Source: an uncultured Verrucomicrobiota bacterium (lineage in GTDB: Bacteria > Verrucomicrobiota > Verrucomicrobiia > Limisphaerales > UBA8199). From it: 64,000 nucleotides of DNA. The stretch's first letter is position 1; each line of letters starts with the position of its first letter. The notes below the pieces were generated by a model. It was not told the origin of the DNA and made no database searches. It worked only from the letters and a program-made list of their open reading frames with translations. The stretch covers positions 26,069 to 90,068 of the forward strand of contig CAZZFF010000004.1 in assembly GCA_964653485.1 (NCBI GenBank), written 5' to 3'. The position numbers and the translations under genes are program-made. Positions 1-8,141 of this stretch are shown piece by piece.

Positions 1-540
1 CCGGTAGGCCAACCCGGCCCCGGGGAACTCAACCACGCCCACATAATCGCCCGCGCGCCCGGGACGGGTTTGTTTCTGAAAAAAGAAGCGTCCTCGCTCC
101 GGCGCGGTCAATTCCCCCGAAACGCAGATGAGCGAGCGCCCGTCGCGCTGCGCTCTCCGAACCGCGCCCCGGGCTGTCTCCCCATTCACCAACTCAAAGC
201 GAATCGGATCGCCCGCGGCGGCCCGGTCCAGGCTGTCCAGAAACGACGGGTCCCATGGCCGCTTCCGCGGGGCCGCCGCAGTGTTCGCCGCACGCGCCGC
301 CGCGCCGGTGGAGACAGCGATCTCCGGAAGCGACCGCCCGCCGGAACCGCTCCGCCCGGCCGGTTGCGGGAGGCTTGAAAGGGCCCTCTTGGAGCCGGCG
401 TCCGCCTGCGGGGCCGGGCCGGGTGCGGACGCCCGGCCGGAGCGCGGGCCTCCCCATCCCCGCTCGTGTCCGACGCACAGCCACAAGACTCCGGCGACTG
501 TGAACACACCCGCCATCCCAACGGCGATAGCCCCTTTCAT
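1..540 (-). CDS. Hypothetical membrane-anchored protein, partial (runs off the left edge)
   Basis: My own translation of the minus strand from ATG (complement of 538..540), open to position 1. It reads MKGAIAVGMAGVFTVAGVLWLCV (N-terminal TM helix) ...PWDPSFLDSLDRAAAGDPIRFELVNGETARG...GDYVGVVEFPGAGLAYR. Third codon positions are GC-rich. It is not in the ORF track because no stop lies in the window. Confidence 0.4.
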   Translation of the reverse strand, partial: MKGAIAVGMAGVFTVAGVLWLCVGHERGWGGPRSGRASAPGPAPQADAGSKRALSSLPQPAGRSGSGGRSLPEIAVSTGAAARAANTAAAPRKRPWDPSFLDSLDRAAAGDPIRFELVNGETARGAVRRAQRDGRSLICVSGELTAPERGRFFFQKQTRPGRAGDYVGVVEFPGAGLAYR

Positions 541-718
541 TTCTTCTATGGGTTGCAGTGGAGTTTGGGAGCATTTCTGGTGCCATGCGGGGTTTTGGCC
601 TGAAAACCGGCTTTTTCAGCGCGGTCATGCGGTTGCGGCGCGTGATTTCCACGCGTTCTGCGTGAGGGTCACGCATTCTGCTCTCGTCATCCCGGGGGGT
701 TCTGTTACAGTGGCCTCG

Positions 719-1207
719 ATGCGAACGGCGATTTATCCCGGGAGTTTCGACCCCATAACCAACGGACATCTGGATGTCATCCGTCGGGCGACCAAGCTGT
801 TTGACCAGGTGGTTGTGGCGGTGGCGGCCAATGAGAGCAAGCACCCCTTGTTTACGCGAGAGGAGCGGACGCAGATGGTTGCGCGGGCGGTGCGGCTTCT
901 GCCCCACGTGGAGGCTGACTCGTTTGAGGGCCTGCTTGTGGAATACGTCGAGCGGCGCTCGGCGCAGGCGGTCATCCGGGGCTTGAGGGCGGTGTCGGAC
1001 TTTGAGTTTGAATTTCAGTTGGCTTTGATGAATCGTACTTTGAACGAGCGCATCGAGACGATATTCATGATGCCGAAGGATACGTATACTTTCCTCAGTT
1101 CGCGGCTGGTCAAAGAAGTTGCGTTGCTGGGGGGGGATGTCGGCGCGTTTGTGCCGGCGCACGTGCGGACCGCCCTGGCCGGGAAACTGAGCCATAAGCC
1201 GGCGTGA
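719..1207 (+). CDS. coaD: Phosphopantetheine adenylyltransferase
   Basis: In-frame ATG at 719 inside ORF 128..1207. MRTAIYPGSFDPITNGHLDVIRRA... shows the nucleotidyltransferase T/HxGH motif and full-length CoaD similarity (163 aa). Confidence 0.9.
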   Translation: MRTAIYPGSFDPITNGHLDVIRRATKLFDQVVVAVAANESKHPLFTREERTQMVARAVRLLPHVEADSFEGLLVEYVERRSAQAVIRGLRAVSDFEFEFQLALMNRTLNERIETIFMMPKDTYTFLSSRLVKEVALLGGDVGAFVPAHVRTALAGKLSHKPA

Positions 1208-1217
1208 AGGGACTTTT

Positions 1218-1709
1218 ATGTCGTTGAAAGTCAATGTTCGTCATTTGGAGGACCACGATGTCCACCTGGAGGGCCAGTTGGCGGTGTCCGAACTGGACAT
1301 CGACACGAAGGACGAGGTCATCCGGTTGAACCAGCCGCTGGATTACGCGCTGGACGCGCAGAAGCTGGAGGGCGGTTTGCTGGTGCAGGGCCGGCTGCAC
1401 ATGATGCTGGCGTGCGAGTGCGTCCGGTGCCTCAAGCCTTTTGACTTGCCTCTGGAGTTGAAGACGTGGACGTGTCACCTGCCGCTCGAAGGGGAGGACC
1501 GGGTGGAGGTGGTGAACGACTGCGTGGACTTGACGCCTTATGTGCGGGAGGATATTCTGCTTGAGATTCCGCAGCATCCGTTGTGCGACCCGGAATGCCG
1601 GGGCTTGCCAAGGATGCGGGTCGGCAGTGCAGCCCCGGCGGAGCGCCCCAGCGGGCCAGAAGCCGGCGGCGCCTCCGTTTGGGCGGAGTTGAACAAGCTG
1701 AAGTTTTAA
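1218..1709 (+). CDS. yceD: YceD/DUF177 family protein (large-subunit ribosome-associated)
   Basis: 163 aa with paired Cys motifs (CECVRC...CDPEC). It occupies the conserved position immediately upstream of rpmF-plsX-fabH. Confidence 0.8.
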   Translation: MSLKVNVRHLEDHDVHLEGQLAVSELDIDTKDEVIRLNQPLDYALDAQKLEGGLLVQGRLHMMLACECVRCLKPFDLPLELKTWTCHLPLEGEDRVEVVNDCVDLTPYVREDILLEIPQHPLCDPECRGLPRMRVGSAAPAERPSGPEAGGASVWAELNKLKF

Positions 1710-1788
1710 CATTGAAACCGTAAGCCGTCTGGGCGTATCCTGGTTCGCTTTAACGGTTAGAGAAACATTTTAACAACAATAGCCAATT

Positions 1789-1977
1789 ATGGGTGTTCCC
1801 AAGCGTAAACCTTCGCACAGCCGTCAGCGGATGCGCCGCGCCTACAACAGCGCTCTCACTCTGCCCCAGCTCATGCCTTGTCCGCAATGTGCCGCGCCGT
1901 GCGTGCCTCACCGGGTGTGCCCGTCGTGCGGGTATTACAAGGGCCGGCAGGTGATCACGGTCAAGACGGGAGCTTAA
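1789..1977 (+). CDS. rpmF: 50S ribosomal protein L32
   Basis: MGVPKRKPSHSRQRMRRA... followed by a CPxC...CPSCG zinc ribbon; 62 aa. Confidence 0.95.
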   Translation: MGVPKRKPSHSRQRMRRAYNSALTLPQLMPCPQCAAPCVPHRVCPSCGYYKGRQVITVKTGA

Positions 1978-2025
1978 GCGTCCCATCGAGGCGCGAGGCA
2001 ACCCGTTTCGCGTCCGGCCCGGTTT

Positions 2026-3075
2026 ATGCGAATCGCAGTGGATGTCATGGGTGGCGACCACGGCTGCGGGGTCGTTATCGAGGGCGCCATGCGCGCGTTG
2101 GAGACGGGCAAACAAATCACGGCGCTGTTCCTGGTGGGCGACCGCTCGGACATTCACGCCGCCCTGCCCCGCGGCGGATTCCGGGACCACCGCGTGCGCG
2201 TCATCCATGCCAGCGAAGTCCTCACGATGGACGACAAGCCGGCCGCCGCCGTGCGCCGCAAGAAGGATTGCTCGATCGTAAGGGCAGTCGAGTTGGTGCG
2301 GGAGGACAGGGCTGACGCGGTGGTTTCGGTCGGGAACACGGGGGGGATTTTCGCGGCCGCCACTTTCAAGCTGGGCCGTATTCCGGGGGTGGCCCGCGGC
2401 GGCATCGCGACGATTATCCCGAGGGCCGACGGCGAATTCGTCCTGGTTGACTCCGGCGCCAACATCGAGTGCAAACCGGTGCATCTGGCCCACTACGCCG
2501 TGATGGGCAGCATCTATTCTCGAGAGATACTCCATCGTCCCAGCCCGCGCGTGGGCATACTGAGCGTCGGCACCGAGGACACCAAGGGCAACGAACTGAC
2601 CCTGCAGGCCTTTCAACTGTGCAAGCAACTCGACTTGAATTTCATCGGCAACGTCGAAGGGCACGACCTGTTCAAAGACCGTGTTGATGTCGTCATTTGC
2701 GACGGGTTTGTGGGCAATATCGTGCTCAAGACCTGCGAGGGCCTGGCGTTCGCGATGTTCTCTCTGCTCAAACACGAGTTGACCGCCAATCCGCGCCGCA
2801 AGCTCGGGGCGTTGCTGGCTCAAAACGCCTTTCGCGCGATGCGCCGGAAGATGGACCCGGAAGGCTCCGGGGGCGCGCCCCTGCTCGGTTTCAACGGGGC
2901 GGTCATGAAGGCCCATGGGTCGGCTCGGGAGCGCTCCATCGCCAATGCCATCCGCGTGGCCACCGAAAACATCCACCAGCAGGTCAACCAGACCATCGAG
3001 AGGGAGATCGCCCGGGCCAACGAGCGGTTGGCCGCCTTGGAGCCGACCGCAGCCCGCGAGCTGTCCCTCGGCTGA
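2026..3075 (+). CDS. plsX: Phosphate acyltransferase PlsX
   Basis: MRIAVDVMGGDHG... N-terminus and full-length PlsX similarity; rpmF-plsX-fabH synteny. Confidence 0.95.
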   Translation: MRIAVDVMGGDHGCGVVIEGAMRALETGKQITALFLVGDRSDIHAALPRGGFRDHRVRVIHASEVLTMDDKPAAAVRRKKDCSIVRAVELVREDRADAVVSVGNTGGIFAAATFKLGRIPGVARGGIATIIPRADGEFVLVDSGANIECKPVHLAHYAVMGSIYSREILHRPSPRVGILSVGTEDTKGNELTLQAFQLCKQLDLNFIGNVEGHDLFKDRVDVVICDGFVGNIVLKTCEGLAFAMFSLLKHELTANPRRKLGALLAQNAFRAMRRKMDPEGSGGAPLLGFNGAVMKAHGSARERSIANAIRVATENIHQQVNQTIEREIARANERLAALEPTAARELSLG

Positions 3076-3116
3076 GCGTTAGCAACCCTGCCAACCCCCT
3101 TCGCGCCCCACAAGGC

Positions 3117-4154
3117 ATGAGTCCAACACCCACTCCTAAATTCAGAAACCCACGGGCGAAATACAACTTCCAGGGCCGCACCTGTTCGATCGCGGGCGTC
3201 GGTTCTTATGTCCCGGCCCGGGTCCTCACCAATGCCGACCTGGAAAAGATGGTGAGCACCTCCGACGAGTGGATCACGACGCGGACCGGCATCAAAGAGC
3301 GCCATATCGCGGCCAAGGACGAGTTTACCTCGGATTTGGCCTCCCGCGCCGCCCGTCTCGCGATGCAGCGGGCGGGAGTTACCGCGGACCAAATCGAACT
3401 CATTACGGTGGCCACCATTACGCCGGACATGCCGTTTCCTTCGACCGCCTGCCTGGTGCAGCAAAAGATCGGGGCTTTCCGGGCTGCGGCCTTCGACATC
3501 GAGGCGGCCTGCTCCGGGTTTATCTACGGTTTGGAAATTGCCCAGCAGTTCATCATGTCGCGCACTTACGACACGGTGCTGGTGATCGGCGCGGAGAAGC
3601 TCTCCTCCATCGTGGATTGGCAGGACCGCAATACATGCGTGCTCTTCGGCGACGGGGCCGGCGCGGCCGTGCTGCGCAACCGGCCGAACGCGCATGGCCT
3701 TCTGACCGCGGTAATGGGGGCTAATGGCCGGAAGGCCGGCTTGCTCTTCATGGCCGCTGGGGGCAGCCGCTGCCCCGCGACCGCCGAATCGGTGGCCGCC
3801 CGCCTGCACTACCTTAAAATGGAAGGCAGGGAGACCTTCAAGAACGCCGTGCAAGCGATGCTCAGCGCCGCCCAGGAGGCCCTCCGCCGGTGCGAAATCG
3901 ACATTTCCCGGATCAAGTGCATTATCCCGCACCAGGCCAACCTCCGAATCATCCACGCCGTAGGTGAGCGCCTGGGAGCCAAGCCCGCCCAGTTCTTCAT
4001 CAACCTCCACAAATACGGCAACACCTCCGCCGCTTCCGTGGCCATTGCCCTCGACGAAGCGGTCCAGAGCGGGCGCATCCTGCCCGGCGATTTGATCCTT
4101 CTCATCGTTTTCGGCGCCGGCCTCACCTGGGGCGCCGCGGTCATCGAATGGTAG
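3117..4154 (+). CDS. fabH: 3-oxoacyl-ACP synthase III
   Basis: In-frame ATG 3117 in ORF 2697..4154. GVGSYVPARVLTNADLEKMVSTSDEWITTRTGIKERH, the active-site context AACSGF, and the C-terminal GAGLTWGAAVIEW all match FabH. Confidence 0.93.
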   Translation: MSPTPTPKFRNPRAKYNFQGRTCSIAGVGSYVPARVLTNADLEKMVSTSDEWITTRTGIKERHIAAKDEFTSDLASRAARLAMQRAGVTADQIELITVATITPDMPFPSTACLVQQKIGAFRAAAFDIEAACSGFIYGLEIAQQFIMSRTYDTVLVIGAEKLSSIVDWQDRNTCVLFGDGAGAAVLRNRPNAHGLLTAVMGANGRKAGLLFMAAGGSRCPATAESVAARLHYLKMEGRETFKNAVQAMLSAAQEALRRCEIDISRIKCIIPHQANLRIIHAVGERLGAKPAQFFINLHKYGNTSAASVAIALDEAVQSGRILPGDLILLIVFGAGLTWGAAVIEW

Positions 4155-4237
4155 TTTCTTTATTCCATCTGCTAATCATTTAGCGGCACTTCACTAACTT
4201 GACTTTTCCATCCGTCGTGGTACTCTCACCGTGTTGT

Positions 4238-4564
4238 ATGAGCGCGAGAAAAGCTGAAAGCAATGGGTCCTTCCAACATGTCTCGGTCGCGGTTGAAGCC
4301 CGTCAAACCTGCCTGTCCCTTTCCCCGGATTCCGTCATTTTTCACAAGAATGGCATCGAGTTCCGAAGCGCCACGCCATTCTCCGCCTGGGCGGAGATGA
4401 CTCTGACGCTGGAATCTCCGGCCGACGGGGGCAGAATCCACTGCACGGGCGTTGTGATTTCGTGTACGGGCAACAAGCACACGGGCTACCACGTTTCGAT
4501 GGTGCTGACTGGCCTCTCGCGCCAGGCCCAAGCCCTCCTGACTACGATGGCGGTCTTGCAGTAG
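4238..4564 (+). CDS. Small hypothetical protein, weak PilZ-like pattern
   Basis: ATG 4238 inside the TTG-started ORF 4199..4564. NGIEFRS...HCTGVVISC...GYHVSMVLTGLSRQAQALL resembles the second half of PilZ domains. This is recognition only. Confidence 0.4.
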   Translation: MSARKAESNGSFQHVSVAVEARQTCLSLSPDSVIFHKNGIEFRSATPFSAWAEMTLTLESPADGGRIHCTGVVISCTGNKHTGYHVSMVLTGLSRQAQALLTTMAVLQ

Positions 4565-4629
4565 CCCGCGGCCCGAGCGCGGCGAGCCGCTCCCGTCGAA
4601 CGGTCGGGCGACACACATTCGCAGGAGGT

Positions 4630-5241
4630 TCAATGCGCCGCGGCGCCGGCGACGCTCAAGGTGAGTTCGATTTCATCGGAGACCTTGTCCTGCGGGGCGA
4701 CCGGGTTGATGCCGAAGTCGCTGCGTTTAATGGTGAAGGTGGAGCGGATGACGAGGAGGTCGCCTTTGAGATTGGGGACGCGCTGGCTCAGCTTATCTTT
4801 GAGATAGGTTAACTTGATGGGAGCGGTGATCTCCTTGGGCGTGCCTTTGATGGTGAGGGTTCCGACGACATCGGCGGTGGTCTGGGGGCCGGAGGTTTTG
4901 ACGTTCTTGAGGGCTTTTGTTTCAAAGGTGATTTCGCCGTACTTCGCCACGTCCATCCATTGAGGGCCGTGGAGGTGTTCTTTCATCATCGGGTTGGGCA
5001 CGTGGAGAGAGGCGGCGGCCACCACCAGTTTGCCACGGGTCAACGCGGGGTTTTCGGGGTCGAACGCGACGGAGCCGGTGATGCCGCTGGCGCTGCCCTG
5101 GGTGGCTTCGAGGAGCGCATCCAGCTTGAACACGATGTTGTTGACTCCCTTCGGGTCTTTGAAGTCGAAGGTCTCCGGCGCGGCAAGCGCGGCGCAGGTC
5201 AAGGCGGCGAGTCCAATCAGCGAGACGGTTGTTTTTTTCAT
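4630..5241 (-). CDS. YceI family periplasmic protein
   Basis: Signal peptide MKKTTVSLIGLAALTCAALA, then a YceI-like beta-barrel pattern (GITGSVAFDP...GTLTIKGTPKEI...FTIKRSDFGI). Confidence 0.85.
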   Translation of the reverse strand: MKKTTVSLIGLAALTCAALAAPETFDFKDPKGVNNIVFKLDALLEATQGSASGITGSVAFDPENPALTRGKLVVAAASLHVPNPMMKEHLHGPQWMDVAKYGEITFETKALKNVKTSGPQTTADVVGTLTIKGTPKEITAPIKLTYLKDKLSQRVPNLKGDLLVIRSTFTIKRSDFGINPVAPQDKVSDEIELTLSVAGAAAH

Positions 5242-5510
5242 AGTTGAATGTTCTGTGGTTGTTTATTGCGAAATAGCAGGGAGACGCCGCCGAGGGATGC
5301 GGCTGCGAAAAGAGCGGCGGCCAGAAAGTCCAGGCCGGGGGAGAATTGTTTGCGGTATTCAATTCCTTCGATTCCGGTGACCTGGTCGAGGGTCTTCACC
5401 GGCACGCTCGTTCGCGTCCAGCCGCGGTTTGCGCCCGCGGCGAGCCAGACAAGGACGGCCCCCAGGGCGGCGAGCAGCGCCAGAATGCGCAATATGCGTT
5501 TCATTGACAT
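5238..5510 (-). CDS. Small two-TM membrane protein
   Basis: 90 aa with hydrophobic segments at both ends. Its stop overlaps the YceI start (5238..5241). Confidence 0.5.
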   Translation of the reverse strand: MSMKRILRILALLAALGAVLVWLAAGANRGWTRTSVPVKTLDQVTGIEGIEYRKQFSPGLDFLAAALFAAASLGGVSLLFRNKQPQNIQL

Positions 5511-5566
5511 ACAATATCACAGGCGCCGCGCGGGCGCCTCCGAGGAGTGGGAGGCCCCGAGGCCCG

Positions 5567-7105
5567 TCATTGCACCTGGGAGCTCTTGACGGGGCGGGGG
5601 ACGCTGGCGTTGCGGGCGCGACCGTCGGCCCAGGAGCGCAGGCAACCGATCTGCTCGGCCATGGTCCTGGCCAGGGGCACCGTTTGGGCCAGGGCGGTCA
5701 GGACGTGGGCGGTGGTCAGTTGCTCTCCGGCGTAGAAGGCGTCGTAGAGGGCGCTATTGATGGCCTCTTCGATTTCGGCGCCGCTGAAGTCGCGGCTGGC
5801 CTGGGCGAGGGCCTCGAGGTCGAAGGCGGCGGGGTCGCGCCCGCGTTTTTGCAGGTGGATGGGGAAGACCTCCATGCGCTCCTCCAAGGCGGGCAAATCG
5901 ACGAAGAAGATTTCGTCCAGGCGCCCCTTGCGGAGCAGTTCTGGGGGGAGCTGGGAGATGTCGTTGGCGGTGGCGGCGACGAAGACGGGGGCTTGCTTTT
6001 CGGAGAGCCAGGTCAGAAAGGTCCCGAAGACGCGGGCGGTGGTGCCGCTGTCACTGGCGCCCGAACTTTGGGAGCCTGCGAAGGCCTTATCGATCTCGTC
6101 GACCCAGAGGATGGCGGGGGCGACCGACTCGGCGACGGAGATGGCGCGGCGGACATTTTCTTCCGAGGAGCCGATGAAGCTGTTGAACATGCGGCCCATG
6201 TCGAAGCGGAGGAGGGGCAATTGCCATTGGGTGGAGATGGCTTTGGCGCAGAGACTCTTGCCGCAGCCCTGGACGCCGAGCAGAAGCACGCCTTTGGGGG
6301 CGGGCAGGCCGAAGGCCCGAGCTTCGGGGGAGAAGGCAAGGGCTCGTTTGTTCAACCAGTCCTTGAGGACCGCCAGGCCGCCCACCTCGGCGAAACCCTG
6401 GCTCGTTGCGTAGTATTCGAGGAGGCCGCTCTTGCGGATGATCTGTTGTTTCTCGGCGAACACCTCGTTGATGTGCTCGCCGCCGAGGCGTCCGTCTTTG
6501 ACGATGATCTTGGCGAAAACGTTTTCGGCCTCGCCCAAGGTCAGACCCAGGGCGGCCTGCAGAAGGCGCTCGCGCCCGACAGGGTCGAGGACGATGCTCA
6601 CCTGCTTGAACTCCTTGAGGTCCTCGATGATTTTGTCCAGCAGCTCGGCGAGGTCTTCCGGACCGGGCAGCGGGAAGTTCAGGACGGTGATTTCTTTTTC
6701 CAGTTCCGTTGGGATTTCCATCAGGGGCGAGATCAGGATGACGGTCTTGAAGCTGTTCTTGAGATGGAGCGCGATTTCCTTGAGCTTGCGGATGACGGCG
6801 AAGTTGGTTTTGGTCAGGAATGGGTGAAGGTCCTTGAAGATGAAGATGGCGGGTTCGACCTGCTCGATGACCTGGTCGAGAGCGGCGATGGGGTCTTTGG
6901 TGGCGGCGTTGCGCACTTTCTGGGCCTGGATGGAGGTCCCGGCGGGAACGATGCCGGTGCTGTAGCTCCACTCGAAGGCTTTTTTTTGGCGTTTCCGGGC
7001 TATCTCGACCACCAGGCCCTGCACCCTCATTTCCTCACTGCTGATGAGATAGAGGATCGGGTAGCGCGCCCGGATGAGGGTTTCCAATTCGCCTTGAAAG
7101 CTCAT
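5567..7105 (-). CDS. AAA+ ATPase, Ycf46-like
   Basis: Walker A GVQGCGKS, Walker B ILWVDEIDK, second region of homology, and an N-terminal YPILYLISSEEMR domain typical of ~500-aa Ycf46-type ATPases. Start MSFQGE at 7105 forms an ATGA overlap with the upstream 75-aa ORF. Confidence 0.85.
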   Translation of the reverse strand: MSFQGELETLIRARYPILYLISSEEMRVQGLVVEIARKRQKKAFEWSYSTGIVPAGTSIQAQKVRNAATKDPIAALDQVIEQVEPAIFIFKDLHPFLTKTNFAVIRKLKEIALHLKNSFKTVILISPLMEIPTELEKEITVLNFPLPGPEDLAELLDKIIEDLKEFKQVSIVLDPVGRERLLQAALGLTLGEAENVFAKIIVKDGRLGGEHINEVFAEKQQIIRKSGLLEYYATSQGFAEVGGLAVLKDWLNKRALAFSPEARAFGLPAPKGVLLLGVQGCGKSLCAKAISTQWQLPLLRFDMGRMFNSFIGSSEENVRRAISVAESVAPAILWVDEIDKAFAGSQSSGASDSGTTARVFGTFLTWLSEKQAPVFVAATANDISQLPPELLRKGRLDEIFFVDLPALEERMEVFPIHLQKRGRDPAAFDLEALAQASRDFSGAEIEEAINSALYDAFYAGEQLTTAHVLTALAQTVPLARTMAEQIGCLRSWADGRARNASVPRPVKSSQVQ

Positions 7106-7329
7106 GGTCGGCCGAAGAGCCGGCGCCACCAGGAGGGCCGCGCCGCAGGCAACTGGGCCAGGGATTCCCGCAGGCGCCGCCCGATGCCGGGCGGGACGGG
7201 GGTGTGCAGCGCGTCATGCCGCAACATCTCTTCCGGGCTGGCAAACTCCAACGGCGCCGATTGCCGGTGCTGTTGTTCTTGGGCGGCTTGTTGCTGCTCC
7301 TGGGAACTGAACTGTATCTGGCGTTTCAT
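7102..7329 (-). CDS. Small Gln-rich hypothetical protein between the ECF sigma and the AAA+ ATPase
   Basis: 75 aa, MKRQIQFSSQEQQQAAQEQQ...WWRRLFGRP. It sits 3 nt after the sigma gene stop and is translationally coupled to the ATPase gene. Confidence 0.5.
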   Translation of the reverse strand: MKRQIQFSSQEQQQAAQEQQHRQSAPLEFASPEEMLRHDALHTPVPPGIGRRLRESLAQLPAARPSWWRRLFGRP

Positions 7330-7332
7330 AGG

Positions 7333-7992
7333 TCAAGCGCTTTTCGCGAACAGGACGGCAAAGGCCTTGCGGGCGCGATGCAACTTGCCGCGGACGGCAT
7401 CGGGCGTTTGGTCAGTCAGCGCGCCGACCTGGTCGTAGCTCAATTGCTCGTCGGCCACGAGCAGGAGCAGGAGCCGATATTCAGCGGGCAACCTGTCGAG
7501 AGCCTCTTGGATGCGCTGGCCGAGCTCTTTGGTCTCAAGCACGCGCAAGGGCGAATCTGTCCCGGCTGCCGCCGTCTCCCAGAGGGCGTCATCGGCGTTG
7601 GTGAAAATGTGACGGTCGTGCCACGCCGCCTGAAGGTTGCGGCAGTGGTTGATGGCAATTCGGTAGAGCCAGGTCCGCCAAGTGGATTCGCCGCGGAACT
7701 GGTCCATTTTGCGAAAGGCCTTCATGAACACGTCGTGGGTCGCATCCTCGGCCTTTTGCGGATCGCCCAGCAGCCGCAACGCGAGGTAAAAGATCGCCCG
7801 GCTGTGCTCTTTGTAAACCTCCGCAAACTCGGAGTCCTCCAGGCCGTCCGCAGGCTCGCCCTGCGAGGGGTCCGAGCAAGCGGCATGGCCGGGCGCGACT
7901 GACGCCGGGCGGGACCTGGGTGCGCTCATCGCGCCGTCCGCCTCGTTTGCGCGCTCATATTCTGCCGGCGGTTTGCTCACGAGTATGCTCAC
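7333..7992 (-). CDS. ECF-type RNA polymerase sigma-70 factor
   Basis: Region 2 (DATHDVFMKAFRKMDQFRGESTWRTWLYRIAINHCRN) and region 4 (LPAEYRLLLLLVADEQLSYDQVGALTDQTPDAVRGKLHRARKAF). The start is uncertain; an alternative ATG lies at 7929. Confidence 0.85.
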   Translation of the reverse strand: MSILVSKPPAEYERANEADGAMSAPRSRPASVAPGHAACSDPSQGEPADGLEDSEFAEVYKEHSRAIFYLALRLLGDPQKAEDATHDVFMKAFRKMDQFRGESTWRTWLYRIAINHCRNLQAAWHDRHIFTNADDALWETAAAGTDSPLRVLETKELGQRIQEALDRLPAEYRLLLLLVADEQLSYDQVGALTDQTPDAVRGKLHRARKAFAVLFAKSA

Positions 7993-8045
7993 CGGGGATT
8001 AGACAATGGCGGGGGGCGTTTGTCACGCGGGAACAGGGCGCGGGG

Positions 8046-8070
8046 CGAAATCCGAAATCCGAAATCCGAA
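8046..8070. repeat. Tandem heptamer repeat (CGAAATC) about 3.5 copies
   Basis: cgaaatccgaaatccgaaatccgaa, read directly in the divergent sigma/GH127 intergenic region. The same unit recurs at 31596-31622. Confidence 0.8.
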
Positions 8071-8141
8071 GTGGGGAGGCCAGGCCGAGATGGTTCATTC
8101 GCGCTGGTCTTTCGGACCGACGGGCTTCATGCTGCGGCCGC

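Noticed and set aside
1750-2976. 408-aa minus-strand ORF
   Set aside because: It is antisense to rpmF and plsX, both unambiguous.
5429-7438. 669-aa plus-strand ORF
   Set aside because: It is antisense to the well-supported AAA+ ATPase gene. Its product is a low-complexity Gly/Glu/Asp/Ala run with no motifs. This is a typical high-GC shadow ORF.
7920-8141. N-terminal 74 codons of the GH127 ORF
   Set aside because: They overlap the divergent sigma gene start and read through the GAAATCC repeat (NPKSEIRSGE). The real start is more likely GTG 8142 or ATG 8208.
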